IMG/VR virus record: IMGVR_UViG_2880412407_000002
Length of the DNA stretch: 64,000 bases
Reading direction: 5' to 3' (one strand)
DNA from: a virus
Lineage: Duplodnaviria; Heunggongvirae; Uroviricota; Caudoviricetes
The notes beneath the pieces are model-generated. The model was not told the origin of the DNA. It ran no database searches and worked only from the letters and a program-made list of their open reading frames with translations. Shown in pieces: positions 51,187-63,619 of this stretch. The translations under genes and the position numbers were made by a program. The stretch's first letter is position 1. The number at the start of each line of letters is the position of its first letter.

Positions 51187-53745
51187 TCTTGTTATTGACC
51201 TTAGTCTGGATGCGGTCCGTTTCGATGAGCAGATGAGCCGGGTAAGGCGTCATTTTTCAGGTCTGGATACCGACGCCAGAAAAACCGCCAGTGCTGTTGA
51301 ACAGGGCCTGAGCCGCCAGGCGCTGGCTGCACAAAAAGCCGGGATTTCCGTCGGGCAGTATAAAGCGGCCATGCGAACCCTGCCCGCACAGTTTACGGAT
51401 ATCGCCACGCAGCTTGCCGGTGGTCAGAATCCCTGGCTGATCCTGCTGCAACAGGGCGGTCAGGTGAAGGACTCCTTCGGCGGGATGATCCCCATGTTCA
51501 GGGGGCTTGCCGGTGCGATCACCCTGCCGATGGTCGGGGTCACCTCGCTGGCGGTGGCGACAGGTGCGCTGGCGTACGCCTGGTACCAGGGGGATTCCAC
51601 GCTTTCAGCGTTTAATAAAACCCTGGTTCTTTCCGGTAATCAGTCCGGACTGACTGCCGATCGCATGCTGACGCTCTCCAGAGCCGGACAGGCCGCAGGG
51701 CTGACGTTTAACCAGGCGAGTGAGTCACTGGCAGCCCTGGTGAATGCCGGTGTGCGTGGTGGTGAACAGTTTGATGCCATCAACCAGAGTGTCGCGCGTT
51801 TTGCTTCTGCATCCGGTGTGGAGGTGGACAAGGTTGCAGAGGCTTTCGGAAAACTGACCACCGACCCTACGTCGGGGCTGATTGCGATGGCGCGCCAGTT
51901 CCGTAACGTGACGGCAGAGCAGATTGCGTATGTTGCGCAGCTGCAGCGTTCCGGTGATGAGGCCGGGGCCTTACAGGCGGCGAACGATATCGCCACGAAA
52001 GGCTTTGATGAGCAGACCCGTCGCCTGAAAGAAAACATGGGGACACTGGAGACCTGGGCGGATAAAACCGGGAAGGCATTCAAATCGATGTGGGATGCCA
52101 TTCTGGATATCGGTCGTCCTGAGTCCTCAGCGGATATGCTCGCCAGTGCACAGAAGGCATTTGATGAGGCGGATAAAAATGGCAGTGGTACCAGAGCCGG
52201 AGCCAGCGCCGGGGAAAAACCGCCTCTTTTCGTGCGAACCTTCAGGGTGCATGGAATGACCGGGAAAATGCCCGTCTGGGGCTGGCAGCGGCCACGCTGC
52301 AGTCGGATATGGAAAAAGCCGGTGAACTGGCCGCCAGGGACCGGGCCGAACGGGACGCATCACAGCTGAAGTATACCGGAGAGGCGCAGAAGGCGTATGA
52401 GCGTCTGCTGACGCCGCTGGAGAAATATACCGCCCGTCAGGAAGAACTGAATAAGGCCCTGAAAGACGGGAAAATCCTGCAGGCGGATTACAACACGCTG
52501 ATGGCGGCGGCGAAAAAGGATTATGAATCGACGCTGAAAAAGCCGAAGTCGTCAGGAGTCAAAGTGTCAGCCGGTGAGCGTCAGGAAGACCAGGCGCATG
52601 CTGCCCTGCTGGCGCTTGAAACCGAGCTCCGGACGCTGGAAAAACACAGCGGTGCGAATGAGAAAATCAGCCAGCAGCGTCGCGATTTATGGAAAGCGGA
52701 AAATCAGTATGCGGTCCTGAAAGAGGCAGCCACGAAACGGCAGTTATCTGAGCAGGAAAAATCCCTGCTGACCCATGAGAAAGAGACGCTGGAGTACAAA
52801 CGCCAGCTGGCTGAGCTGGGAGACAAAGTTGAACACCAGAAACGGCTGAATGAGCTGGCACAGCAGGCTGCGCGGTTTGAGCAGCAGCAGGGCGCGAAGC
52901 AGGCGGCAATCAGTGCCCAGGCGCGGGGCCTCACCGACCGTCAGGCGCAGCGGGAGTCGGAAGAGCAGCGCCTTCGTGACGTGTACGGTGATAATCCGGA
53001 TGCGCTGGCGAAGGCCACATCGGCACTGAAGAACACCTGGTCTGCGGAGGAGCAGCTTCGTGGAAGCTGGATGGCCGGTCTGAAGTCCGGCTGGGGCGAG
53101 TGGGCAGAAAGTGCGACGGACAGTTTTTCGCAGGTTAAAAGCGTGGCCACGCAGACCTTTGACGGTATTGCACAGAATATGGCAGCGATGCTGACCGGCA
53201 GCGAACAGAACTGGCGTGGTTTCACCCGTTCTGTGCTCTCCATGCTGACAGAGATTTTTCTGAAGCAGGCGATGGTGGGGATAGTCGGGAGTATCGGCAG
53301 CGCCATTGGCGGTGCTTTCGGTGGTGGTGCGTCTGCCTCCACGGGGACGGCCATTCAGGCTGCGGCGGCGAACTTCCATTTCGCGACCGGGGGATTTACG
53401 GGGACGGGGGGTAAATATGAACCTGCGGGAATTGTTCATCGCGGGGAGTTTGTCTTCACGAAGGAAGCAACCAGCCGGATTGGCGTCGGCAACCTGTACC
53501 GCCTGATGCGGGGCTATGCGGAAGGTGGTTATGTGGGCGGTGCCGGAAGTTCGGCGCAGATGCGGCGGACGGAAGGCATTAATTTTAATCAGAACAATCA
53601 CGTGGTGATTCAGAACGACGGCACCAACGGACAGGCGGGGCCGCAGCTGATGAAGGCGGTGTATGACATGGCCCGCAAGGGGGCGCAGGATGAGATTCAG
53701 GCGCAGATGCGTGATGGCGGCGTCTTTTCCGGAGGCAGGCGATGA
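51167..53745 (+). pseudogene. H: Tail tape measure protein H, frame broken in A5 run (52175-52179)
   Basis: ORFs 51167..52369 and 52309..53745; adding one A restores a continuous frame (DK-KWQWYQSRSQ). Confidence 0.85.
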
Positions 53746-54071
53746 AAACATTTCGCTGGAAAGTGAAGCCGGATATGGAGGTGAACTCGCAGCCATCGGT
53801 GCGTGAAGTGCGTTTTGGTGACGGGTACTCACAGCGTATGGCGGCAGGGCTGAATGCTGACCTGAAAACATACCGTGTGACGCTTTCCGTGACCCGGGAG
53901 GAGGCCCGGCATCTGGAAGCGTTCCTGGCAGAGCACGGAGGCTGGAAGGCATTTTTGTGGAAGCCACCCTATGCATACCGGCAGATAAAGGTGACCTGTG
54001 CCGGGTGGTCTGCGCGGGTCGGGATGTTGCGCGTTGAGTTCAGCGCGGAGTTTAAGCAGGTGGTGAACTGA
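53742..54071 (+). CDS. M: Minor tail protein M
   Basis: 109 aa; near-identical to copy A. Confidence 0.85.
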   Translation: MKTFRWKVKPDMEVNSQPSVREVRFGDGYSQRMAAGLNADLKTYRVTLSVTREEARHLEAFLAEHGGWKAFLWKPPYAYRQIKVTCAGWSARVGMLRVEFSAEFKQVVN

Positions 54072-54769
54072 TGCAGGATATTCACGAAGAAAGTCTGAAC
54101 GAGTCGGTTAAATCAGAGCAGTCACCGCGGGTGGTACTCTGGGAAATCGACCTGACGGTACAGGGTGGTGAGCGGTATTTTTTCTGTAATGAGCTGAATG
54201 AAAAAGGGGAGGCGGTCACCTGGCAGGGGCGGAAGTACCAGGCATACCCGATTGACGGCAGTGGCTTTGAGATGAACGGGAAGGGCAGCAGTGCCCGCCC
54301 GTCGCAGACGGTGTCGAATCTGTTTGGTCTGGTCACCGGGATGGCGGAGGACCTGCAGAGCCTGGTGGGGGCCACGGTGGTCCGCCGCCGGGTGTATGCC
54401 CGTTTTCTGGATGCGGTGAATTTTGTGGCGGGCAATCCGGAAGCGGACCCGGAGCAGGAGCTGAGCGACCGCTGGATGGTGGAGCAGATGTCAGAGCTGA
54501 CGGCCATGACAGCCTCGTTTGTGCTGGCAACACCGACGGAGACGGACGGAGCGCTGTTTCCCGGTCGCATTATGCTGGCGAATACCTGTATGTGGACCTA
54601 CCGCTCTGATGAGTGTGGTTACACGGGCGGGGCTGTGGCGGATGAGTTCGATAAACCCACCACCGATATCCGTAAGGACAGATGCAGCAAGTGCATGCGC
54701 GGGTGTGAGATGCGCGGCATGGTGGCTAATTTTGGCGGTTTCCTTTCCATTAATAAACTTTCGCAGTAA
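54071..54769 (+). CDS. L: Minor tail protein L
   Basis: 232 aa. Confidence 0.85.
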   Translation: MQDIHEESLNESVKSEQSPRVVLWEIDLTVQGGERYFFCNELNEKGEAVTWQGRKYQAYPIDGSGFEMNGKGSSARPSQTVSNLFGLVTGMAEDLQSLVGATVVRRRVYARFLDAVNFVAGNPEADPEQELSDRWMVEQMSELTAMTASFVLATPTETDGALFPGRIMLANTCMWTYRSDECGYTGGAVADEFDKPTTDIRKDRCSKCMRGCEMRGMVANFGGFLSINKLSQ

Positions 54770-54774
54770 ATCCA

Positions 54775-55518
54775 ATGACACAGACAGAATCAGCGATTCT
54801 GGCGCATGCCCGGCGGTGTGTGCCTGCGGAGTCGTGCGGCTTCGTGGTGAGAACGCCGGAGGGGGAGCGGTATATCCCTTGTGTGAATATCTCTGCAGAG
54901 CCGGAGGCGTATTTTCGTATTGCACCGGAAGACTGGCTGCGGGCAGAGATGCAGGGGGAGATTGTGGCACTGGTCCACAGTCATCCCGGTGGTCTGCCCT
55001 GGCTGAGCGAGGCCGACCGGCGGCTGCAGATAAAAAGTGCACTGTCCTGGTGGCTGGTCTGCCGGGGGGAAATTCATAAATTCCGCTGTGTGCCACATCT
55101 GACAGGACGGCGCTTTGAGCACGGGGTGACGGACTGTTACACGCTGTTCCGGGATGCCTACCATCTGGCGGGAATTGATATGCCGGATTTTGAGCGTGAG
55201 GATGACTGGTGGCGCAACGGTCAGAACCTTTACCTGGACAATATGGCGGTCACCGGCTTTTACCGGGTGCCCCTGTCCTCTGCACAGGCGGGCGATATCC
55301 TGCTGTGCTGCTTTGGCGCATCGGTGGCCAATCATGCCGCCATTTACTGCGGCAACGGTGAACTGCTTCACCATCTGCCTGAACAACTGAGTAAACGGGA
55401 GAGGTATACCGACAAATGGCAGCGACGCACACACTCCCTCTGGCGTCACCGGGCATGGCGCGCATCTGCCTTTACGGGGATTTGCAACGATTTGGCCGCC
55501 GCATCGACCTTCGTGTGA
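54775..55518 (+). CDS. K: Tail tip assembly protein K
   Basis: 247 aa. Confidence 0.85.
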   Translation: MTQTESAILAHARRCVPAESCGFVVRTPEGERYIPCVNISAEPEAYFRIAPEDWLRAEMQGEIVALVHSHPGGLPWLSEADRRLQIKSALSWWLVCRGEIHKFRCVPHLTGRRFEHGVTDCYTLFRDAYHLAGIDMPDFEREDDWWRNGQNLYLDNMAVTGFYRVPLSSAQAGDILLCCFGASVANHAAIYCGNGELLHHLPEQLSKRERYTDKWQRRTHSLWRHRAWRASAFTGICNDLAAASTFV

Positions 55519-56087
55519 AAACGGGGGCTGAAGCCATCCGCGCACTGGCCACACAGCTCCCGGTGTTTCGTCAGAAACTGAGCGACGGCTGGTATCAGGT
55601 ACGGATTGCCGGGCGGGACGTCAGCACGTCCGGGTTAACGGCGCAGTTACATGAGACTCTGCCTGATGGCGCTGTGATTCATATTGTTCCCAGAGTCGCC
55701 GGGGCCAAGTCAGGTGGCGTATTCCAGATTGTCCTGGGGGCTGCCGCCATTGCCGGATCATTCTTTACCGCCGGAGCCACCCTTGCAGCATGGGGGGCAG
55801 CCATTGGGGCCGGTGGTATGACCGGCATCCTGTTTTCTCTCGGTGCCAGTATGGTGCTCGGTGGTGTGGCGCAGATGCTGGCACCGAAAGCCAGAACTCC
55901 CCGTACACAGACAACGGATAACGGCAAACAGAACACCTATTTCTCCTCACTGGATAACATGGTTGCCCAGGGCAATGTTCTGCCGGTTCTGTACGGTGAA
56001 ATGCGCGTGGGGTCACGCGTGGTTTCTCAGGAGATCAGCACGGCAGACGAAGGGGATGGTGGTCAGGTTGTGGTGATTGGTCGCTGA
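55416..56087 (+). CDS. I: Tail tip assembly protein I
   Basis: 223 aa; MAATHTLPLASPGMARICLYGDLQRFGRR. Confidence 0.85.
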   Translation: MAATHTLPLASPGMARICLYGDLQRFGRRIDLRVKTGAEAIRALATQLPVFRQKLSDGWYQVRIAGRDVSTSGLTAQLHETLPDGAVIHIVPRVAGAKSGGVFQIVLGAAAIAGSFFTAGATLAAWGAAIGAGGMTGILFSLGASMVLGGVAQMLAPKARTPRTQTTDNGKQNTYFSSLDNMVAQGNVLPVLYGEMRVGSRVVSQEISTADEGDGGQVVVIGR

Positions 56088-56147
56088 TGCAAAATGTTTT
56101 ATGTGAAACCGCCTCCGGGCGGTTTTATCGTTTATGGAGCATGACGA

Positions 56148-59100
56148 ATGGGTAAAGGCAGCAGTAAGGGGCATACCCCGCGCGAAGCGAAGGACAACCT
56201 GAAGTCCACGCAGCTGCTGAGTGTGATCGATGCTATCAGCGAAGGGCCGGTTGAAGGTCCGGTGGATGGATTAAAAAGCGTGCTGCTGAACAGTACGCCG
56301 GTGCTGGACAGTGAGGGGAATACCAATATATCCGGCGTCACGGTGGTGTTCCGGGCCGGTGAGCAGGAGCAGACACCGCCGGAGGGATTTGAATCCTCCG
56401 GCTCCGAGACGGTGCTCGGTACAGAAGTGAAATATGACACGCCGATCACCAGGACCATCACGTCGGCAAACATTGACCGTCTGCGTTTTACTTTCGGCGT
56501 GCAGGCACTGGTGGAAACCACCTCAAAGGGGGACAGGAATCCATCGGAAGTCCGCCTGCTGGTTCAGATACAACGTAACGGTGGCTGGGTGACGGAAAAA
56601 GACATCACCATTAAGGGTAAAACCACTTCACAGTATCTGGCCTCGGTGGTGGTGGATAACCTGCCGCCGCGCCCGTTCAGTATCCGGATGCGCAGGATGA
56701 CGCCGGACAGCACCACAGACCAGCTGCAGAACAAAACGCTCTGGTCGTCATACACCGAAATCATCGATGTGAAACAGTGCTACCCGAACACGGCACTGGT
56801 CGGCGTGCAGGTGGACTCGGAGCAGTTCGGCAGCCAGCAGGTGAGCCGTAATTATCATCTGCGCGGGCGCATTCTGCAGGTGCCGTCGAACTATAACCCG
56901 CAGACGCGACAATACAGCGGTATCTGGGACGGAACGTTAAAACCGGCATACAGCAACAACATGGCCTGGTGTCTGTGGGATATGCTGACCCACCCGCGCT
57001 ACGGCATGGGGAAACGTCTTGGTGCGGCAGATGTGGATAAATGGGCGCTGTATGTCATCGGCCAGTACTGCGACCAGTCAGTGCCGGACGGTTTTGGCGG
57101 CACGGAGCCGCGCATCACCTGTAATGCGTACCTGACCACACAGCGTAAGGCGTGGGATGTGCTCAGTGATTTCTGCTCGGCGATGCGCTGTATGCCGGTA
57201 TGGAACGGGCAGACGCTGACGTTCGTGCAGGACCGGCCGTCGGATAAGGTGTGGACCTATAACCGCAGTAATGTGGTGATGCCGGATGATGGCGCGCCGT
57301 TCCGCTACAGCTTCAGCGCCCTGAAGGACCGCCATAATGCCGTTGAGGTGAACTGGATTGACCCGGATAACGGCTGGGAGACGGCGACAGAGCTTGTGGA
57401 GGACTCGCAGGCCATTGCCCGTTACGGTCGTAATGTTACGAAGATGGATGCCTTTGGCTGTACCAGCCGGGGGCAGGCACACCGCGCCGGGCTGTGGCTG
57501 ATTAAAACGGAGCTGCTGGAGACGCAGACCGTGGATTTCAGCGTCGGCGCAGAAGGGCTTCGCCATGTACCGGGCGATGTTATTGAAATCTGCGATGATG
57601 ACTATGCCGGTATCAGCACCGGTGGTCGTGTGCTGGCGGTGAACAGCCAGACCCGGACGCTGACGCTCGACCGTGAAATCACGCTGCCATCCTCCGGTAC
57701 CACGCTGATAAGCCTGGTTGACGGAAGTGGCAATCCGGTCAGCGTGGAGGTCCAGTCCGTCACCGACGGCGTGAAGGTAAAAGTGAGCCGTGTTCCTGGC
57801 GGCGTTGCCGGATACAGCGTATGGGGGCTGAAGCTGCCGACGCTGCGCCAGCGCCTGTTCCGCTGCGTGAGTATCCGTGAGAACGACGACGGCACGTATG
57901 CCATCACCGCCGTGCAGCATGTACCGGAAAAAGAAGCCATCGTGGATAACGGGGCGCACTTTGACGGCGACCAGAGCGGCACGGTTGAATGGTGTCACGC
58001 CGCCAGCAGTGCAGCACCTGACTGCCGAAGTCACCGCAGACAGCGGGGAATACCAGGTGCTGGCGCGCTGGGACACGCCGAAGGTGGTGAAGGGCGTGAG
58101 CTTCCTGCTTCGCCTGACCGTGGCAGCGGACGACGGCAGTGAGCGGCTGGTCAGCACGGCCAGGACGACGGAAACCACATACCGCTTCAGGCAACTGGCG
58201 CTGGGGCGTTACACGCTGACGGTCCGGGCGGTAAATGCGTGGGGACAGCAGGGCGATCCGGCATCGGTATCGTTCCGGATTGCCGCACCGGCAGCGCCGT
58301 CGCGGATTGAGCTGACGCCGGGCTATTTTCAGATAACTGCCACGCCGCATCTTGCGGTTTATGATCCGACGGTACAGTTTGAGTTCTGGTTCTCGGAAAC
58401 GCGGATTACCGATATCAGGCAGGTTGAAACCACAGCCCGCTATCTTGGCACGGCGCTGTACTGGATAGCCGCCAGTATCAATATCAAACCGGGCCATGAT
58501 TATTATTTTTACATCCGCAGTGTGAACACCGTTGGCAAATCGGCATTCGTGGAGGCTGTTGGCCAGCCGAGTGATGATGCATCCGGCTATCTGGATTTTT
58601 TCAAAGGCGAGATAGGGAAAACCCATCTGGCTCAGGAGCTGTGGACGCAGATTGATAACGGTCAGCTTGCGCCTGACCTGGCTGAAATCAGGACGTCCAT
58701 TACGGATGTCAGCAATGAAATCACGCAGACCGTCAATAAGAAACTGGAAGACCAGAGTGCAGCGATCCAGCAGATACAGAAGGTTCAGGTTGATACAAAT
58801 AATAACCTGAACAGCATGTGGGCTGTGAAGCTGCAGCAGATGCAGGACGGACGCCTTTATATCGCGGGTATTGGTGCCGGTATTGAGAATGCTCCTGACG
58901 GAATGCAGAGTCAGGTGCTGCTGGCGGCGGACAGGATTGCGATGATTAATCCTGCGAATGGCAACACAAAGCCGATGTTTGTTGGGCAGGGCGATCAGAT
59001 ATTCATGAACGAAGTGTTCCTGAAATATCTGACGGCTCCCACCATTACCAGCGGCGGTAATCCTCCGGCATTTTCCCTGACACCGGACGGGCGGCTGACG

Positions 59101-59628
59101 GCGAAAAATGCCGATATCAGCGGTAACGTGAATGCAAACTCCGGGACGCTCAACAACGTCACGATTAACGAGAACTGCCGGGTTCTGGGAAAACTGTCCG
59201 CGAACCAGATTGAAGGCGATCTCGTTAAAACAGTGGGCAAAGCTTTCCCCCGGGACTCCCGTGCACCGGAACGGTGGCCATCAGGGACCATTACCGTCAG
59301 GATTTATGACGATCAGCCGTTTGACCGGCAGATTGTTATTCCGGCGGTGGCATTCAGCGGCGCTAAACATGAGAGAGAGCATACTGATATTTACTCCTCA
59401 TGCCGTCTGATAGTGCGGAAAAACGGTGCTGAAATTTATAACCGTACCGCGCTGGATAATACGCTGATTTACAGTGGCGTTATTGATATGCCTGCCGGTC
59501 ACGGTCACATGACGCTGGAGTTTTCGGTGTCAGCATGGCTGGTAAATAACTGGTATCCCACAGCAAGTATCAGCGATTTGCTGGTTGTGGTGATGAAGAA
59601 AGCCACCGCAGGCATCAGTATCAGCTGA
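56148..59628 (+). pseudogene. J: Host specificity protein J, frame broken by an apparent single-base insertion near 57985
   Basis: ORFs 56148..58142 and 57877..59628; acggtTgaatggtgtcacg, removing one T restores the frame. Confidence 0.85.
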
Positions 59629-59695
59629 ATTTTATAACCCATATACGGGCGCCAGAAATGGCGCCTTTTTTATTGCAGAAAAGCGAGAGGTAATT

Positions 59696-60295
59696 ATGCG
59701 TAAAGTTTGTGCAGCCATTTTGTCCGCAGCCATTTGTCTGGCCGTATCCGGTGCGCCTGCATGGGCGTCTGAACATCAGTCCACGCTGAGCGCGGGGTAT
59801 CTTCATGTCTCGACGAACGCTCCTGGCAGCGATGAACTGAACGGGATTAACGTGAAATACCGTTATGAGTTTACGGACACACTGGGGCTGGTGACGTCAT
59901 TCAGCTATGCAGGAGACAGGAATCGCCAGCTTACCCGTTACAGCGATACCCGCTGGCATGAAGATTCCGTTCGTAACCGCTGGTTCAGCGTAATGGCGGG
60001 GCCGTCTGTGCGCGTGAATGAATGGTTCAGCGCGTATGCGATGGCGGGTGTGGCTTACAGCCGTGTGTCGACTTTCTCCGGGGATTATCTCCGCGTAACT
60101 GACAACAAGGGGAAAACGCACGACGTGCTGACCGGAAGTGATGACGGTCGCCACAGCAACACGTCTCTGGCGTGGGGAGCTGGCGTGCAGTTTAACCCGA
60201 CCGAATCCGTGGCCATTGATGTCGCTTATGAAGGCTCCGGCAGTGGCGACTGGCGCACTGACGGTTTCATCGTGGGTGTCGGTTATAAGTTCTGA
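59696..60295 (+). CDS. lom: Outer membrane protein Lom (OmpX/Ail family), with signal peptide
   Basis: 199 aa; signal peptide and C-terminal GVGYKF. Confidence 0.85.
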   Translation: MRKVCAAILSAAICLAVSGAPAWASEHQSTLSAGYLHVSTNAPGSDELNGINVKYRYEFTDTLGLVTSFSYAGDRNRQLTRYSDTRWHEDSVRNRWFSVMAGPSVRVNEWFSAYAMAGVAYSRVSTFSGDYLRVTDNKGKTHDVLTGSDDGRHSNTSLAWGAGVQFNPTESVAIDVAYEGSGSGDWRTDGFIVGVGYKF

Positions 60296-60359
60296 TTAGC
60301 CAGGTAACACAGAGTTATGACAGCCCGCCGGTTCTGGTGGGCGTTTTTGTGGGGTGAAT

Positions 60360-61673
60360 ATGGCAGTAAAGATTTCAGGTGTACTGAAAGACGGCACAGG
60401 AAAACCGGTAGAGAACTGCACCATTCAACTGAAAGCCAGACGGACCAGCAGCACGGTGGTGGTGAACACGGTGGCCTCTGAAAATCCGGATGAAGCCGGT
60501 CGTTACAGCATGGACGTTGAGTACGGTCAGTACAGCGTCATTCTGTTGGTGGAAGGATTCCCGCCGTCACATGCCGGGACCATCACCGTGTATGAAGATT
60601 CTCAACCCGGTACGCTGAATGATTTTCTCGGTGCCATGTCGGAGGATGACGTCCGGCCGGAGGCACTGCGCCGTTTTGAACTGATGGTGGAAGAGGTGGC
60701 GCGTCACGCTGAGGAGGCGAAGAAGAATGCCGGAGAGGCGGAGACGTCCGCGAGGAATGCCGGCATATCAGCCAGTCAGGCAGAAGAGAACGCTGCAAAT
60801 GCTGACACTTCAGCAGGGGATGCATCGGAGTCAGCCCGGCAGGCGGCAGAAAGTGCAGCCGCTGCAAAGCAGTCAGAGGAGGCGTCCTCGTCCTCGGCCT
60901 CTGCGGCCGCTCAAAAAGCCAGTGAGTCATCACAAAGTGCAGCAGAAGCTGAATTGTCAAGAAAGACGGCAGAAAGTGCAGCCGGTAATGCAGCCAGGGA
61001 TGCAACGACCGCAACAGAAAAAGCCCGGGAGTCAGCAGAAAGCGCACAGTCAGCGGAACAAAGCAGGATAGCGGCGGAAGAGGCCGTAAACCGAATCCCC
61101 ACCGTGGTGGGACCTCCCGGGCCAAAGGGGGAACAGGGGCCCGCGGGTCCTCAGGGGCCGAAGGGTGATAAGGGAGAGCGCGGTGACACCGGCCCTGTCG
61201 GGGCAACCGGCGAACGGGGACCGGCAGGTGATGCTGGTCCGGCAGGCCCGCAGGGGCCGAAAGGTGACAGGGGAGAGCGGGGAGAGACCGGTCTGACGGG
61301 AAATGCAGGTCCACAGGGTCCAAAGGGAGATACCGGTGCGGCAGGCCCGGCAGGCCCACAGGGACCGAAAGGAGAAACAGGTGCGGCTGGCCCGGTGGGG
61401 GCAACCGGACCTCAGGGACCGAAGGGCGACCCGGGGGAGACACAAATCCGTTTTCGTCTGGGGCCGGCGAGCATTATTGAGACAAACAGCAATGGCTGGT
61501 TCCCGGGTACAGATGGTGCGCTCATCACCGGACTGACCTTTCTTGACCCCAAAGATGCCACACAGGTTCAGGGGCTGTTTCAGCATTTGCAGGTCAGGTT
61601 TGGTGACGGGCCGTGGCAGGATGTTAAGGGGCTGAATGAAGTGGGCAGTGATACAGGCAGAACAGGAGAATGA
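60360..61673 (+). CDS. stf: Side tail fibre with collagen-like Gly-X-Y repeats
   Basis: About 110 residues of GPxG-type triplets ([16 protein letters not shown]...). Confidence 0.8.
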   Translation: MAVKISGVLKDGTGKPVENCTIQLKARRTSSTVVVNTVASENPDEAGRYSMDVEYGQYSVILLVEGFPPSHAGTITVYEDSQPGTLNDFLGAMSEDDVRPEALRRFELMVEEVARHAEEAKKNAGEAETSARNAGISASQAEENAANADTSAGDASESARQAAESAAAAKQSEEASSSSASAAAQKASESSQSAAEAELSRKTAESAAGNAARDATTATEKARESAESAQSAEQSRIAAEEAVNRIPTVVGPPGPKGEQGPAGPQGPKGDKGERGDTGPVGATGERGPAGDAGPAGPQGPKGDRGERGETGLTGNAGPQGPKGDTGAAGPAGPQGPKGETGAAGPVGATGPQGPKGDPGETQIRFRLGPASIIETNSNGWFPGTDGALITGLTFLDPKDATQVQGLFQHLQVRFGDGPWQDVKGLNEVGSDTGRTGE

Positions 61674-61674
61674 C

Positions 61675-61944
61675 ATGAATATACTAAAAAAACTTATGCA
61701 GCGTCTGTGTGGTTGCGGAAAGCATGATGGCCGTGAACACGTGCAGTCGCTTACAGCACAACTGCGACTGGGGCCGGCAGACATCCTGGAGTCCGATGAG
61801 AATGGTATTATTCCGGAGCAGGACAGGGTAATCACACAGGTGGTGATACTGGATGCAGATAAAAAGCAGATACAGTGTGTGGTAAGACCGCTGCAAATCC
61901 TGCGTGCTGACGGGACGTGGGAAAATATTGGCGGGATGAAATAG
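61675..61944 (+). CDS. Conserved 89-aa protein after the tail fibre gene (second copy)
   Basis: Same protein as 12300..12569 with a few substitutions. Confidence 0.6.
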   Translation: MNILKKLMQRLCGCGKHDGREHVQSLTAQLRLGPADILESDENGIIPEQDRVITQVVILDADKKQIQCVVRPLQILRADGTWENIGGMK

Positions 61945-61957
61945 CCGACGGGTTCAC

Positions 61958-61986
61958 AAAAAACCGGAGGCCGGCTCCGGTTTTTG
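61958..61986 (+). terminator. Rho-independent terminator
   Basis: aaaaaaCCGGAGgccggCTCCGGttttt. Confidence 0.7.
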
Positions 61987-62165
61987 TTGTCATGTATGGG
62001 GGATGTTTGTTATTAGAGTGTGAAGTAATAAACATGTTAATACGATGGAGTGAAGGATGCCTTTAAGGAGCAGGGGAGTGTCCATCTTGTTCCCTGGAGG
62101 GGGAATCATAAATTCTGATTGCGACCGAGGCATGGAACACTACTGTAGTTCAGGGAAGTAGGGCG

Positions 62166-62708
62166 ATGAAGCTCATTCTTGCGACGCGTAATTATTATCT
62201 GGAATATGGTTTGCGTTTGTTACTGAAAGGATGCCGTGTAATTCTGGCTCAAGAATTTTTTATGCCGGAAAATCGCAGGGTTATTCTGGATAGTAAAGAA
62301 TCCTGGTTAATAATCTGTGATAGTCAGTTGGGCCATTTAATGCGCAGCATGTTTCAGGGACGCCGTTTTATTCAGCTGGCTCTGGAAGCGTTGAAAGGGG
62401 GACATGATATACATAATGCTGTGCGTAACAGATTGTGGACCTGGAACAAAAAAGCACGGGCACTGACGATGTCAGAGATGGTGGTGATGTTTGGATATAT
62501 CTACCGTCAGTTGCGTCCGTCCCATCTCGCCAGTGAGATGAGGGTAAACATAAAAACAGTTAACACTTTCCTGTATTCAGGGCTGGCGAAAAATGGGCTC
62601 AAAAGAAGTAGTGTAAGGTTGCTGGCAATTTCTGAGAACAAGCGAATAGGGCATTATTCCGGAGCAGGACAGGGTAATCACGCAGGTGGTGATACTGGGT
62701 GCGGATAA
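62166..62708 (+). CDS. LuxR-family regulator with GadE-like architecture; 3' end runs into a fragment of the tail-fibre-adjacent ORF
   Basis: C-terminal HTH LTMSEMVVMFGYIYRQLRPSHLASEMRVNIKTVNTFLYSGLAKNGL; N-terminal roughly 110-aa domain. Confidence 0.5.
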   Translation: MKLILATRNYYLEYGLRLLLKGCRVILAQEFFMPENRRVILDSKESWLIICDSQLGHLMRSMFQGRRFIQLALEALKGGHDIHNAVRNRLWTWNKKARALTMSEMVVMFGYIYRQLRPSHLASEMRVNIKTVNTFLYSGLAKNGLKRSSVRLLAISENKRIGHYSGAGQGNHAGGDTGCG

Positions 62709-62783
62709 AAAGCCGATACAGTGCGTGGTGAGGCCGCTGCAAATTCGGTGTGCTGATGGGACGAGGGAAAAATTTGTGGATGA
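62650..62783 (+). repeat. Third, truncated copy of the 3' end of the 89-aa ORF (recombination scar)
   Basis: Aligns to 12426..12569 and 61801..61944; translates to GIIPEQDRVITQVVILGADKKPIQCVVRPLQI. Confidence 0.7.
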
Positions 62784-62837
62784 CATTTGTTGTGGACCTT
62801 TAAGTCTGGAGTTCAAATTAAAACAGGGAGCTTTATT

Positions 62838-63419
62838 ATGCCATTAACCTCAGATATTAATTCATCTTCGTTCCATCTTGGAATGGAGGTTCTTCGTGCT
62901 CAAGTTGCAGCCACTGGGCGTGGAGAATTTACAATGGGTGGTGAAACTGTCAGAATTGAATATAGTCCAACAGATGGGCGCTTTCTGGCCAGCGATGGCA
63001 CTGGGGGATTATTTACTGAATTATTGCTTTTAGGGTTCAATAATGGGCCTCAAGCTCTTGGCGAGAGAATGTTAAGTATTCTTTCAGGATCAGATGCAGG
63101 TGAAACACAATCGCAAGTGACTCCTCAGGATAAAATATATCAATGTAAGTTTTCTGTTAATACAGAGAGCCTCCAGTGTCCCTCTGATGCAACTCGATGC
63201 CCAATTATACTGGAAACACCAGAAGAAGGGGTATTTGTCAAAAATTCAGATAGTTCAGCAGTATGCACTTTATTTGATGTTGATGCACTTTCTCGCGTGG
63301 TTAATGACGGTTCAGTTCACCCTCTGACACGAGCTCCAATAACCCCATCAATGATTGTTAAACCAGAAGAGTGTAAATATGACCCTGCAAGGGGAAGCTT
63401 TATTATAAAAGATAGTTAA
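62838..63419 (+). CDS. Putative type III effector, NleG-like (U-box-type C-terminus), tentative
   Basis: 193 aa, AT-rich, in the effector locus after tail fibre genes; family assignment from recall only. Confidence 0.45.
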   Translation: MPLTSDINSSSFHLGMEVLRAQVAATGRGEFTMGGETVRIEYSPTDGRFLASDGTGGLFTELLLLGFNNGPQALGERMLSILSGSDAGETQSQVTPQDKIYQCKFSVNTESLQCPSDATRCPIILETPEEGVFVKNSDSSAVCTLFDVDALSRVVNDGSVHPLTRAPITPSMIVKPEECKYDPARGSFIIKDS

Positions 63420-63619
63420 GATGTTTCAAATGAAACAATATTAACTTCCGATAATTTATATAAAAACACCACAGGCATTCGGGGCCTGTGGTTGGTAAAA
63501 CAATATAATACGCGAGTTATTTTTCATGAGCTGGAGAGAAAACAATCAAGGTAAGTGGTATTATTTCACAAAATACCGGGCACTTTCTGGTGCCGCATCG
63601 TTCAGAGCTTCGGTGTATA